From: Flaccisagitta enflata
Lineage: Eukaryota
Assembly (NCBI GenBank): GCA_965153355.1
Contig: OZ231126.1
Coordinates: forward strand, 12,214,001 to 12,278,000
Direction of reading: 5' to 3'
DNA length: 64,000 nucleotides
Position 1 is the first letter of the stretch, and each line of letters starts with the position of its first letter. The notes beneath the pieces are model-generated. The model searched no databases and was not told the origin of the DNA. It was given only the letters and a program-made list of their open reading frames with translations. The translations under genes were made by a program, and so were the position numbers. This document shows, piece after piece, positions 1 to 16,012 of this stretch.

Positions 1-322
1 AGAATCGACCGCTGCCTGCTTAAGAACGCGCGCGATAAGTTTTCTGCGCAACGTAAATTACAATTCACTCTTTATTTCTGTAATTGTAAAGATCAACTTT
101 GAAATTTCACTGTGACCAAACAAATTGGAGTTAACACCTAAGATTTAAGGTAACAGTACAGAATTTCCCCCTCTTTCTAGTAATGTTAATGAATTATCTG
201 TTAACCATTACATAATGCCGAAACAGCATGAAATAAAGCAGGGCGGCGCCGTCGATTCAGCGGTGGATTCAACGCAAATCTAATTGTACGGCGCGGCGGG
301 GAAGGATTATTTAAACCAAGAG

Positions 323-426
323 GAAGAAGAAGAAGCAGAAGAAGAAGAAGAAGAAGAAGAAGAAGAAGAAGAAGAAGAAGAAGAAGAAGAAGAAGAAGAA
401 GAAGAAGAAGAAGAAGAAGAAGAAGA
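323..426 (+). repeat. (GAA)n microsatellite, followed by degenerate GAC/GAT triplets to about 600
   Basis: Uninterrupted gaa run read directly. Confidence 0.97.
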
Positions 427-1287
427 ACTCAAAGACAACAATGATGACTAAGACGAAGACAATGACGAAGACGATGATGACAAAGACGTCAAAGACGACG
501 AAGACGACGAAGACGTTGATAACGATGACGACGAAGACGTTGATAACGACAAAGACGATGAACGATTCACGATGAACGATTCACGATGAACCGTGAGGAC
601 AAAGACGAAAAAGAAGAAAACAGGAAAAAAAGAGAAAGAAAGAAACAAGCGGAAAAAAATAGTGAAAGAGGGAGAAAAAAAGAGGAAACCTGGGGGAAAG
701 AAGAAAAAACTGGAAAACACAGCCGTATACACGGCGGCATTAGTCGCGGACGGGTGGGTGACGTGACCTTGATTCCTTGCAGAAAAAAAAACCTCAAACA
801 CAGCCCCTGCACACCCGCACGCGACTGGGGTAGCCGTGTATCCGGCCTTGTTTCTATGTGTGACGTCTAGTTTTGAAAGGTTTATCGGCAAACCAACTCA
901 AAATATTTCTCAGCGATGCGTTCATATGCTTTAGTATACATAACGCAACAAATCTGACAAGCAAGCCCGACCTGAATGCGGTATTGGATTCCTATATATT
1001 GCCTCCTCATGACATGAGCCCCACCTAAATTTCATGTAACCGTAATGTAACCTGAGCCATATTCATCAGTTCCTGCTCCGAACCAGCGTTTTCAGTCATT
1101 TTACAATTTTATGGTCCATTTCTAATATTTTGCAAATTGAAATGTCGAAAAGGTTATTGATTTCGCGCTAGATGAACTCTAGAATGCATCTGAAAACGCG
1201 CGGGGAAATGTTACCGTTTTTTTTTTTGCAAATTTCAACCAAATCTAAAAAAAGTATTATTATTGGCATGGAATAAATGAGAAACCA

Positions 1288-1985
1288 TTTTTGGGCAGCG
1301 GCCCCGAAGGGGCCGATGACCTATGCTTTCACACATAGGGGAAATTTCTCCTCCTCCTTCTTCTTTCTTCTTCTCCTTCTCCGTCCCCCCCCTTGAGGCC
1401 GAAATCCTAGTCTGGAGGCCCAATCCTAGTCTGGAGGCCCAAATCCTAGTCTTGAGACCCGAATTCTAGTCTTGAGACCCAAATCCTAGCCTCGAGGCCC
1501 AAATCCTAGCCTCGAGGCACAAATCCTAGCCTAGAGGCCCAAATCCTGGCCTCAAGGCCCAAATCCTAGCCTCAGGGCTAAAACCCCAGCCCCGAGGCTC
1601 ATATCCCAGCCTCAAGGCTCAAATCCCAGCCTCAAGTTTCAAATCCCAGCCTAAAGGCTTGAATCCCAGCCTCAAAGCTCAAATCCCAGTCTCAAGGCTT
1701 AAATCCCAGCCTCTGAGGATCAAATCCCAGCCTCTAGGCTCAAATTCCAGGCTCGAGGCTCAAATCCTAAGCTCCAGGCTCAAATCCCAGTCTCCAGGCT
1801 CAAATACCAGTCTCCAGGCTCAAATACCAGTCTCCAGGCCCTAATTCCAGCCTTGAAGTTCAAATAAAAACAGCATCGGTCATCGGCCCCTTCGGGGCTG
1901 CTGCCCCTCTAACCCCCTCACAACCACATGCACTCACCTAGGGGCAACGGGTACCGCTGACCATCTGACGCTTTTGCGACTATTA
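1288..1985 (+). mobile_element. Non-autonomous Helentron/DINE-1-like element, family F1, with internal 20-bp tandem array
   Basis: Starts in a T-run with GGGCAGCGGCCCCGAAGGGGCCGATGACC. Inverted copy GGTCATCGGCCCCTTCGGGGCTGCTGCCC at about 1878-1906. Array of GGCCCAAATCCTAGCCTCGA-like units at about 1395-1865. Tail GGGTACCGCTGACCATCT..CTTTTGCGACTATT is shared with copies near 57 kb and 58-60 kb. Superfamily inferred from architecture. Confidence 0.75.
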
Positions 1986-2269
1986 AAGAATGCAGAGGCA
2001 TTTCATATCTTGGCTCTCTAAGCAAAAGTTGAATTTCGGACAATTGGTATTTTTCCACATTTTATTGTCCCAAATGTGTCTGACATGAGTAGATTACCCT
2101 ACCAGAAATGTAAGTGGCATAGAATTCAAATTATCGGCCTCCACTATAGACATCAAAGGTAATCAAGTGCAGGAAAGCTAAAATTCACTCAAATTGACAT
2201 ATTTATCATCTCTTAGGAAAGGAAAACTGAATTTCGGACAAATGGTATTTTTCCACATTTTGGAAATAG

Positions 2270-2880
2270 AAAGATTATGTCAAAATTGTGGGATTTTACC
2301 GTCCATCCCATTCTAGACCAATTTTAACCCCAGTGAGAATCCAAATCTGCAGTCAAAAATGGTCTCAGGTCAATATTTCGATAGGCTACAGCTACATTTC
2401 TCAGGTCAAAAAACTATATAAGGTCAAATTTTCAAAATTGGAAATTTGTCAATCTGATTGCAGATTCAAAATCCTTGCAAAAAACTGTGTGAAGAAAGTG
2501 TCTTTCTTTTTTCAAAATTTTGATAAGAACATAGTCAAAATTAACATTATTTGTTAAAATTAAGCCGAATTTAGACAAAAGAGCAATTTTACGCTATTTT
2601 GGATGTTTAACGCTAATTTTGACTATGTTCCAATCAAAATTTCAAAAAAAGAAAGATACTTTCTTTAGTAGTTTTTTTCCAAGGATTATGAATCTGCAAT
2701 CAGATTGACAAATTTCCAATTTTGAAAATTTGACCTTATATAGTATTTTGACCTGAGAAATATAGCCGTAGCCTATCGAAATATTGACCTGAGACCATTT
2801 TGGACTGCAGATTTGGATTCCTTGGGTCAAAATTGGTCTAGCACAGGATGGACGGTATAATAACCCAATTTGGACATAAT
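2270..2880. mobile_element. Foldback / long inverted repeat (about 280-bp arms)
   Basis: ATCCAAATCTGCAGTCAAAAATGGTCTCAGGTCAATATTTCGATAGGCTAC at about 2339 is reverse-complemented at about 2768-2818. ORFs 2288(+) and 2642(-) translate near-identically. Core shared with 7411-7888. Confidence 0.8.
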
Positions 2881-3688
2881 CCTGAGATTTTTTACTATGG
2901 ACGTAAACTGTTCAGGGCGGATATTTTTTCCAATTGAAATCCGCTGAGTTGGTCACCTTAATCTAGACTTCAAATAAAATGAGCAATATAAACTCTGTTA
3001 TCCTGTAGAGATTGACTAGGCCCAACGATCTTCTTGACTTGTCTCTATAGATGAAGCTCTTCTACCGGCCCTATCATGGACTTTAAAAAATAACGTGAGA
3101 TTTCTTCAAAATTGTCATGATTTTGAACACCAGATATTTGTACGTTTCAGACAATTCTGAATCGAATGAGATCAAGTTTTTTATATCAAAAAAATTTACC
3201 ACTACCCCTGACCCCTAGCCTCTGGGGGCCCCTTAGAGACCCTATGGGTCCCATTAAGCTTCAGCAATAACCGTTTCGCATCTCCCAGATCCACAAGATT
3301 ATGAATCTGTCATTGGTTACATAATAATTAAAATCCTGAAAATTCAATTTTTTCACCTTAAAATGTGAGTCTGCCCCTGAGAATCACCAAAATGTCAATG
3401 AAACAAGAAAGCAGCAAGTTTAGAATTCTTAATAAATGAAAATGGAATTAAGCATGCAGTAAAAACTTATAAATCATATCCTGGCTAATTACTTTCGATG
3501 AGAATATGAAGCTTTCTAATATTTTTAAAGATTTTAAAGATTCTAAGCATAGCATTCTTCAGTTGTAAAAGATTTTAAGCCTATCGTTGTTGAATTTTTG
3601 AAGAAATGAAGGCTTCCAACGTTCTTAGTATGTTATTATATTTTTGAGGATTTTAAGCCTAACGTTCTTATGAACTTGGTTCTAATAA

Positions 3689-3947
3689 AACAAGCCCGAC
3701 CAGGCAACGATGCGTCCCGGCCGTGTCTCAGCGTGTATTGATCATGTTACATAAATGGAGAGACAGGTGGACGCGACGAACACGTTGGTTGGGTGATCAT
3801 TTGTTTCAGTATAGGATCTCACCGTGGCCAAAAACAGCTGAGAAACGCGGTTATTGCACTTGCGTAACGGACATACGGACGGATGGACGGATGGACAGAC
3901 GGACAGACCCGCTTATAGAGATGCGTTCCTGACGGACGCATCTAAAA
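3689..3947 (-). mobile_element. Short DINE-1/HINE-like element with (GTCC)n tract
   Basis: Terminal hairpin AGATGCGTTCCTGACGGACGCATCT next to an A/T-run, GGAC repeats, AACAAG at the other end. Confidence 0.65.
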
Positions 3948-4207
3948 AATGTCTTATGATGAAAACAAGGCTGACAACAAAGCATGAATGAAAGAGTGAG
4001 AGAGAGAGAGAAAGACAGAGAGAGAGCTGACAAAGCTAATTTCTCTTATATCTGTGCCTTTTCCCCTTAGAACTCATAAGCTTTTTCTGAAAATACCTTT
4101 TAATAACTGTCTCTCTTAGTTAGTTATTATTGACTTAAGTCCATAATTCATTGGAATAATTTTTTTTACATAAAATGTAGAAGACATGCGAAGACAAAAA
4201 AAATGTG

Positions 4208-5588
4208 TAACAAAACACTGATCCCCTCGTGTCAATACTGAAAAATCTGAACAGTATCTGGGTCCGCGACGGAAGGGGGTTAAAGATCACTAATTCCTTA
4301 AGATCGCTATGACCAAAAGATCGCCAACCCTGTAAGTTCGCCAAAACTATAAGTCTACATTTAGAGCCGCCATACAAAGTTTCATGCAAATCCGTTGAAA
4401 AATGACAAAGTTATGCTCATTTTTCACTTTTAGCCTAGTAGGGTGGTTGGGTGGTAGGCTGGTTTAGATAAATAGTGTGCGTATGTTGAGTTCTTCCATT
4501 TAGAGACTCCATACCAAGTTTCAACCAATTTGGTTGAAAAATGTCCAATTTATGTAAGTTTTTACTTTTAGGCCGGTAAGCTGGTTGGGTGGTAGGTTGG
4601 TTTGGCCGGTTAGCATGCTCAAACATAAATAAATCACATACATGTGTTGAGTCCTTCCATTTAGAGACTCCATACTAAATTTCAACCAAATTGGTTGAAA
4701 AACGCCAAAGATATGCACATTTATCACTTTTTGGTTGGTAGGCTGGTTGGGTGGTAGGCTGGTTTGACAGGATAAATAGTGCGCATATGTTGAGTTCTTC
4801 CATTTAGAGACCCCATACCAAGTTTCAACCAAATTAGTTGAAAAATGACAAAGCTAAGAAAGTTTTTCACTTTTGGGCCGGTTGGCTGGTTGGGTGGTAG
4901 GTCGGTTTGGCCGGTTAGCATGCTCAAATGCATATAAATCACATACACATGTTGAGTCCTTCCATTTAGAGACTCCATACCAAATTTCAACCAAATCGGT
5001 TGAAAAATGCCAAAGTTATGCATGTTTTTCACTTTTAGGCCGGTAGGCTGGTTGGGTGGTAAGCTGGTTTGACAGGATAAATAGTGCGCATATGTTGAGT
5101 TCTTCCATTTAGAGACCCCATACCAAGTTTCAACCAAATTATTTGAAAAATGCCAAAGTTATGCAAGTTTTTCACTTTTAGGCCGGTTGGCTGGTTGGGT
5201 GGTAGGTCGGTTTGGCCGGTTAGCATGCTCAAATGCATATAAATCACATACACATGTTGAGTCCTTCCATTTAGAGACTCCATACCAAATTTCAACCAAA
5301 TCGGTTGAAAAATGCCAAAGTTATGCACGTTTTTCACTTTTAGGGTGGTAGGCTGGTTGGGCCGGTTGGGTTGGTCGGATCGCAAAAATCGGATAGGATG
5401 TAAAGCGCCCTACCCTAGTACAACTTCCCACCAAATATCAACCAAATCGGTCAAAGCATTAAAAAGTTATCCATTTTTTAAAATCCGTGACGACGACGAC
5501 GACAACGACAACAACGACAACGACGACGACACCCACCCGCCTTGAATTATAGTCCGCGTCGGAATGATATTCCGTCGCGGACAAAAAG
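4208..5588 (-). mobile_element. Helentron-like element, family F2, with internal 144/162-bp satellite array
   Basis: GTCCGCGACGGAA at about 4262 is inverted to TTCCGTCGCGGAC at about 5570. Terminal hairpin GTCCGCGTCGGAATGATATTCCGTCGCGGAC, (GAC)n tract, tandem units about 4385-5365. Second copy at 13750 in opposite orientation. Confidence 0.8.
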
Positions 5589-5711
5589 TAAGTCAAGGCG
5601 CAAACAAAGGGTAATCAATCAAAGGGAAATCAATCAAAGGGTTTGGAGATGGGGAAGAAAATCTAAGGTTAGGGGAAAAAAAGAGAAAAAAAAATTAGGG
5701 AAATTAAAATT

Positions 5712-5960
5712 TGAATTAGCAGTACAAAATCATAACAGGTCGCCCAAGGGCAATATGTGGTCAGCAACATCTGTTGCCCTGCCTTGCATGATTGTGAATT
5801 GGATGAGAGGAAGCAGGGCCGCGGCCAAGAAGGGGATGAAGTCCAGTAGAACACAGGGGGACTTTCGTTTGTCCATTTTTCTGTCTGTCCATCCTTCCCC
5901 CCAGCCCCTCTCAGGCCTGAAATCTGCCTTCTCAGGCCTGAAATATGCCCTCTCAGGCTG
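5712..5960 (-). mobile_element. Partial F1-type element with 21-bp repeats
   Basis: Reverse-complemented F1-like tail, degenerate inverted-repeat motif and CTCTCAGGCCTGAAAT units like those at 59100-59335. Confidence 0.6.
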
Positions 5961-6205
5961 ATTAGTAAAACGCAATTTAACACTACTTAAATCTAAAAAA
6001 CACTGTTTTATTGCAATGTGGGGGAAAAATCAAAGATTTTGTAATACGTCGCAAGGATGAAAATCAAACACGGGGGGGGGGGGGGAATTACGCAAAAATC
6101 TAATATCCAAGAATCCAAGTTGTCTTAGTTAAAAATTGAAATCCAAGTAGTCTTTGTTAAATATTTGATTCTCTTCATGGATCTTCCTTCATAGGATCGC
6201 TGACT

Positions 6206-9621
<3,416 letters not shown>

Positions 9622-9908
9622 CTAGAAATATCTCGCATTTCGCTATGCAACGCCAGTGACGATAAACTAGGCCTTTAATAGCAGGGTGGATTTGTTGTTT
9701 CGCTTCCAGAGGTTAAGTTTCACAGTGAAATTTTACTACAGAACTATCGTCATTTCCTGGCCACCCCAGGGTTGTGCCACGCCACCCGCAGCATGCTTGT
9801 TTAATGTTTAACGTCATTTCAATTTAATCCATCGCTTGCCATCGCTTGCCAATTTTAACAAGTTCATCATCACTAGCCAGAAGAAAAGTGCGGAAAAAGT
9901 ACGGAGTT

Positions 9909-9975
<67 letters not shown>

Positions 9976-10387
9976 TCACAGTTGCTCTTAGATCATCTGA
10001 TTCTTGATCATCAAACGCAAACATCGACTTAGCGGTCAGAAATCCCCATTGCAAATAAAAAAAATATCTATAATTTTTAAGTATTTAGATATTTTTAAGT
10101 ATTAGGTAAATTTTGATCATAATCTATAAAAAACTTGTAAATTAATATTTTTTTAAAAAAATAATATATTTTTAATAAAAAAATTTTGGTTTTAATTTTA
10201 TTAACCTGAACTTATAAAAATAAACATCATATATTTATTTTCTAGTTTTTTTAGATTTTAGAAATAAAAATTTTTTTTAAATTTAGTTTTCTGGCAAAAG
10301 TCAAGGAGACAGCCGCACTTATGTAATTGTATCTTTAAGCATTTTTTCATTTAATGCCATTCTGACAATGAATTTTTAATGACATCT

Positions 10388-10842
10388 TTACCCCAAAACT
10401 CAACCCTACCCTTAAACTCAACCCTACCCCTAAACTCAACCCTACCACTAAACTCAACTCTATTCTTAAACCCAATTCTACCCCTAAACCAAATTCTACC
10501 CCTAAACCCAACTTTACCCCTTAACTCAACTTTACCCCTAAACCCAATTGTACCCCTAAACCCAACTGTACCCCTAAACCTAACTGTACCCCTAAACCCA
10601 ACTCTACCCCTAAAACCCAACTTTACCCCTAAAACCCAACTTTACCCGTAAACCCAACATTACCCTTAAACCCAACCCTACCCCTAAATTCATCTCTACC
10701 CCTAAACTCAACCTTACGTTTAAACCCAACCCTTACCTTAAAAAACCCTAGCCCCAAACCCAACCCTTAAACTTAACTCAACCCATAAACGCAACCCTAC
10801 CCCTAAACCTAACCCTACCCATAAACCCAACCTTACCCCTAT
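10388..10842 (+). repeat. 18-bp minisatellite CCCCTAAACCCAACTCTA-like, about 25 units
   Basis: Period visible as the repeating LPLNST/LPLNPT translation. Confidence 0.9.
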
Positions 10843-11230
10843 AAAAATTTCCTAACCAAAATAAAGCTATGTTTTTAATAATATTATTAAATTTTTCAAG
10901 ATTTCAAGCCTAACATTTTTATAAATTTGGTTCTTAAATAAAAAAAAGTGTAAAACCCGATTCCATTCTAACCAAATGTTCAACCTTGTTAACATTGATG
11001 ATTAAACTAAAGTTAGGAAGGTATAAACTTAGTGCTGCCGCCTTTTTCACGTAAAACATTTATCAAAACTTTTAAGGTTGCGATATTTGAAATAGGGGAG
11101 TTTGACCATAAGAACACTCAGCGGCAATTCTTTATGCACTTTTATTTCTCGTAAGAACCGGTAATGAGAAAACATCTAAGCTTAAAATACAAGAACGATA
11201 TAGTAATTCTACTGTTAGCTATTGCTACCT

Positions 11231-11413
11231 TATTAGTCGCGTGCTACGCGACTCTACACCCCACTTTGTTGGTCGGTCGGTCGGTCACACTTTACTTCTC
11301 TTTATGTTTTTTATTTTCTAACCATACTGCTCCTGCCCAAATGCTCTGGTGACCTCAAATATGGCCCCTGCCCATCCGCATGCGACTGGGGTAGCCGTAT
11401 ATCCAGCCTTGTT
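11231..11413 (+). mobile_element. Short DINE-1/HINE-like element
   Basis: TTAGTCGCGTGCTACGCGACT hairpin, GGTC repeats, end GTAGCCGTATATCCAGCCTTGTT. Many related copies in the window. Confidence 0.7.
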
Positions 11414-13102
11414 TAAAACATTTCTGAAAAAAACTAGGCAAAGTAGGCCAATGCGTGCGACGTGTGAATCGTCAAACAAATGCGTTACCTGACCTACAAA
11501 CTGACCAACCAACTGATAAAGCTTTTTATAAATGTGAGTTTCACAAATAATAGTGCTCATATCAGTCATGAGCTACGCGACTTTACCTCGCTTCGTCCGT
11601 CAGTCCGACAGTGTTAAACGTAAATCCAACGCGCTTTGAAAGACGGGGATTTTCTTGTATCAGAGGCTGCTTTCGATCAGGATCGATTGGACTTGCGTTT
11701 TTTTGCAGTTCGTGACATGATGAAACCGTCACAGAGCGTTCAATAAAACAGTACCGTAAACATAAAGAAAAATCAAAATATTTTCCGAAACCTAAAAAGT
11801 CAGAAAGCGTGGGACGTCTGCTACTCGTAAAAAAAAGAATGACGTCAATCCGTGAAGTTTAGCGGTCACAAGGGGCGCTTCTTACAGGTAGTTGAGTTTT
11901 GAACAAAAGGCGTTTTCGACTGAGGTTCAAAATCGCATTGCTCTTGCTCGGTCTCTACCTGGCCGGTGTTCGTTCTTTCTATTCCTTTCATTCAATCGTT
12001 TTTTTAGGGGCGAGTGAAATTTTCTACTCTGAGTGAATCATCAATTTCGTTCAATGCCTTTAAAGATGTTGTCGAGGGAAAATGAATAATTAAATGAATA
12101 ATTGAAATAGGGCTTTTTAGGTGCGACAAAGCACCTCTATGAGTTATAATTGGCTGTTTCCGTCGGTTGGTCGGTCGGGTAACGCTTTCGTTTGATGATC
12201 CACACGTCGCAACTTATTGGCCTACATGGCCTTGTTTCTAAATAAAAGACCATTCTGTTAAATAGGTGATAAGTTGCAAGTAACAAAACGTAACTGCACT
12301 TTGTACTGGGGTGCCCCGAAATAGTCTCAAGTTGTTTTTTGTCTTTTACCTGTAGATCAACTTAGAGCTGCGGTATTTCTTTTAATGGAGAACGCCATAC
12401 ATTATATGAGCTAAAGAACACGTTTTTTCATAGTACACTCGCTCTTTAACTCGTCTAACACATGCCTCGAGGCCCCAAATCCTGACTTTAAGCCCGAACA
12501 TCTGTTTATGAGACCTTATTTTCAGGAGGCACCCAAATCTCTGCGTTTCATAGGTTCATAACTTCATATGCAAAAAAAAAAAAACGAAATTTACTCGATG
12601 AAAAGTCATCAGCCAATTTTGGCCGTTGCTCAGAAATTGTGGGTAAAGAATTTCGAGGTGGAGTTGATTTTGAGGGTTTTTCTGATGTTGTGGTGGTTTT
12701 GGAATCATGTCGCCAAATGACTCACTTGTCCAAAAGTGAGTTCGCGACAAACAAACGAAAAACTTACCTTTTAATCTGTTCAAGATCAAGACGGAGGGAG
12801 ATAAAAATCAGTTGGCGACAAACAGAAGAAAAAATTTACCCAAAAACCTGACTTTTCCTTCTTTTCTTTTTTTTTGGGGGGGGGGGAATGGCGGAAGATA
12901 GAAAAGATAAAAACTCTTTTCTTCCGGAAGAAAATCATGCATCCTTCGAGAAAAAGGTGAAAGATATGAACGGAAAAGGCCGGAAAAAAAGGGGGGGGCT
13001 GCGACAGAGTCGAAGCACGAAAAAAGGCTGAAACGGAATTGCTTTCAATTCCTTGCCATTCTTTGCAATTTCAGTCTATCTGAAGTGCTTTTACTTGCCG
13101 CG

Positions 13103-13212
<110 letters not shown>

Positions 13213-13666
13213 CTCTCTCTCTTTTCTCTCTCTCTTTTCTCTCTCTCTCTTTTCTCTCTCTCGTGTCCTCGCATGTGAATTATCGTGGTCTATTTTTATG
13301 CTCTTCTGAGTTATAGCAGGTAATAACCAGAGTTGAACGCTTTCCATGATTTACGTTCTACCAAACATTGGTTGGTTTTGCTCTGGGAACAAGTTATGTC
13401 GGAACAGCGGATTTCTATTCCAGCTTTTCACCATGGTCGGTTGGTCGGTCGGCCGGTCAATTCATCCATCCTTCATGTATCAAAACCGCAAAGCCAGTAA
13501 AATATGAATCCTGCATTTGTGGACGTCATTGGCATTGCCCTCATGATCATGCCTATTTTGTGAATTCTCATAATGATATTATTTAAAATATGAAGATACT
13601 GACCAAGTGACTGTGGGCTGTCATTGTTAAGTTAATCTGTTTGCACATGTGGGAGTGTACTTAATA

Positions 13667-15803
13667 CAGTTGACCCCCGCTCTAACGGGCCCGCCATTAA
13701 CGGAATTTCGCTTATAACATGTGCAAATGCATGGTCTCTTCAAGTTTATTTTTTTTGTCCGCGACGGAATACCATTCCGACGCGGACTATAATTCGAGGC
13801 GGGTGGGTGTCGTCGTCGTCGTCGTTGTCGTTGTCCACACTTTTAAAAATGGGCTAACTTTTGAACGCCTTGACCGATTTGCTTCATATTTGGAGGGAAG
13901 TTGTATTAGGGTAAGCCGCTTTGCAGCCTATGCGTATGTGATAATCCGACCCACCCAACTGGCCCAACCAGCCTACCAGCCTAAAAGTGAAAAACGTGCA
14001 TAACTTCGGCATTTTTCTACTGATTTGGTTAAAATTTGGTATGTAGTCCCTAAATGGAAGAACTCAACATATGTATTTGAATTGTAAAGATTTAAGCATG
14101 CTAACCGGCCAAACAGGCCTACCACCCAACCAGCCTACTAGCCTAAAAGTGAAAAACGTGCATAACTTTAGCATTTTTCAACCAATTTGGTTAAAACTTG
14201 GTATGTAGTCTCTAAATCGAAGGACTCAACATATGTATTCTATTCGTAAAGATTTTAGCATGCTAACCAGCCAAACCAGCCTACCACCCAACCAGCCTAA
14301 AAGTGAAAAACGTGCATAACTTTGGCATTTTTCAATCGATTTGGTTAAAACTTGGTATGTAGTGTCAAAATGGAAGGACTCAACATATATATTTGATTTA
14401 TAAAGATTTTAGCATGCTAACTGACCAAACTGGCCTACCACTCAACCAGCCTACCAGCTTAATAGTGAAAACTGTGCATAACTTCGGCATTTTTCTACCG
14501 ATTTGGTTAAAATTTGGTATGTAGTCCTAAATGAAGAACTAACATGTATTTGAATTGTAAAGATTTTAGAATGCTAACCGCCAAACCGACCTACCACCTA
14601 CCACCACCAGCCTAAAAGTGAAAAACGTGCATAACTTTGGCATTTTCAACCGATTTGTTAAAACTTGGTATGTAGTCTCTAAATGGAAGGACTCAACATA
14701 TGTATTTGATTTGTAAAGATTATAGCATGCTAACGGCCAAGCAAACCGCCATTATACGCCGTTTGACAACGCCGTTTGACAACGCCGTTTGACAGTGCCG
14801 TTTAGCAGTGCCGTTTGACAATGCCGTTTGACAGCGCAGTTTAACAGCGACGTTTAGCAACGCTGTTTGACAACGCCGTTTGACAACGCGGTTTAACAGC
14901 GCCGTTTGACAACGTCATTTAACAGTGCCGTTTGACAACGCCGTTTGACAACGCCGCACAATAACGCCGTTTAACAGCGCCGTTTGACAACGCCGTTTGA
15001 CATTCCGTTACCGCGCCGCGCGAGCAGCGCCGTTGTCGCGCCAGTTATCGCCGTTGTTCGCGCCGTTTGACAACGCCGTTTGACAACGCCGTTAACCGCC
15101 GCGCGTTGACAACGCCGTTCCGTCGCGCGTTGCGCGCCGTTTGACGCGCCGTTGTGCTGGTTGCTCGCCGCCGTTTGTTTTCATGCATTGACAGCGCCCG
15201 TTTAACAGCGCCGTTTGTGCCGTTTGACATACGCCGTTTAACGCTCGCCCGTTTGACAATGCCGTTGACATACGCCGTTGTCAGCGCCCGTTTAACCGCG
15301 CCATTTGGCAAGCGCGTTGTTAACGCCGTTTGACAACGCCGTTTGACAACGCGCCGTTTGACCGCGCCGTTTAACTGCGCCGTTTGACAACGCCCGTTTG
15401 ACAACTCCGTTTATTCGCGCCGTTTGACAACGCCGTTTGACAACGCCGTTGACAATAGCCGTTGAACAACGCCGTTTGACAACGCCGTTTGACAAACGCC
15501 GTTCCGACGCGCCGTTTGTCGCTATTTGACTCGCGCCGTTTGACAACGCCCGTTTGACTTAACGCCGTTTGACAACGCGTTGACACCGTTGTCGCCTTGT
15601 TTGATAACGCCGTTTGACAACGCCGTTCGACAACGCCGTTTGACAACGACGTATGGCTACGCAGTCTGGACAACGCCGTATGACCCCAGTCGCGGACCCA
15701 TACTCTTTTAAGATTTTTATTTTTTTATGGCAATAACAAAAGTTCACTTAAAACAGAAAAAAATTGTTGGTCTCCAGAAATCCTTTAGGGCGGGGTTCAA
15801 CTG
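13667..15803. mobile_element. TA-flanked mariner-type MITE interrupted by an F2 element
   Basis: TA|CAGTTGACCCCCGCTCTAACGG ... TTAGGGCGGGGTTCAACTG|TA. Intact 178-bp relative at 22296-22473. Confidence 0.8.
13750..15725 (+). mobile_element. F2 Helentron-like element with a ~155-bp array (13945-14745) and a 13-bp array GCCGTTTGACAAC (14757-15680)
   Basis: T-run then GTCCGCGACGGAATACCATTCCGACGCGGAC hairpin; far end GTCGCGGACCCATACT matches the end of the 4208-5588 copy. Confidence 0.8.
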
Positions 15804-15951
15804 TATGTACAATGTGTTGTCAGGCACGGATGACCAAAGATGAACGAATGTTGACGAACTAATGACTATCTAACATTTCAACCGGTGTTATATATACCAT
15901 TTCGTGCACTCAACCAAAAAACGCCCTGACACTCGGGAGTGCAAGTGCCAG

Positions 15952-16012
<61 letters not shown>

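Noticed and set aside
10388-10842. Interstitial telomere
   Set aside because: The period is 18 bp, not a pure CCCTAA or CCCTAAA run.
12768-12775. Minus-strand 8-nt microexon-like site cag|ATTAAAAG|gtaagt
   Set aside because: Not a multiple of three and no coding context ties it to a gene model; may be chance or a UTR exon end.
14757-15680. CRISPR-like appearance of the 13-mer, 20-mer and 155-bp arrays
   Set aside because: Head-to-tail repeats without unique spacers, inside TE ends, in eukaryotic DNA with no cas genes.
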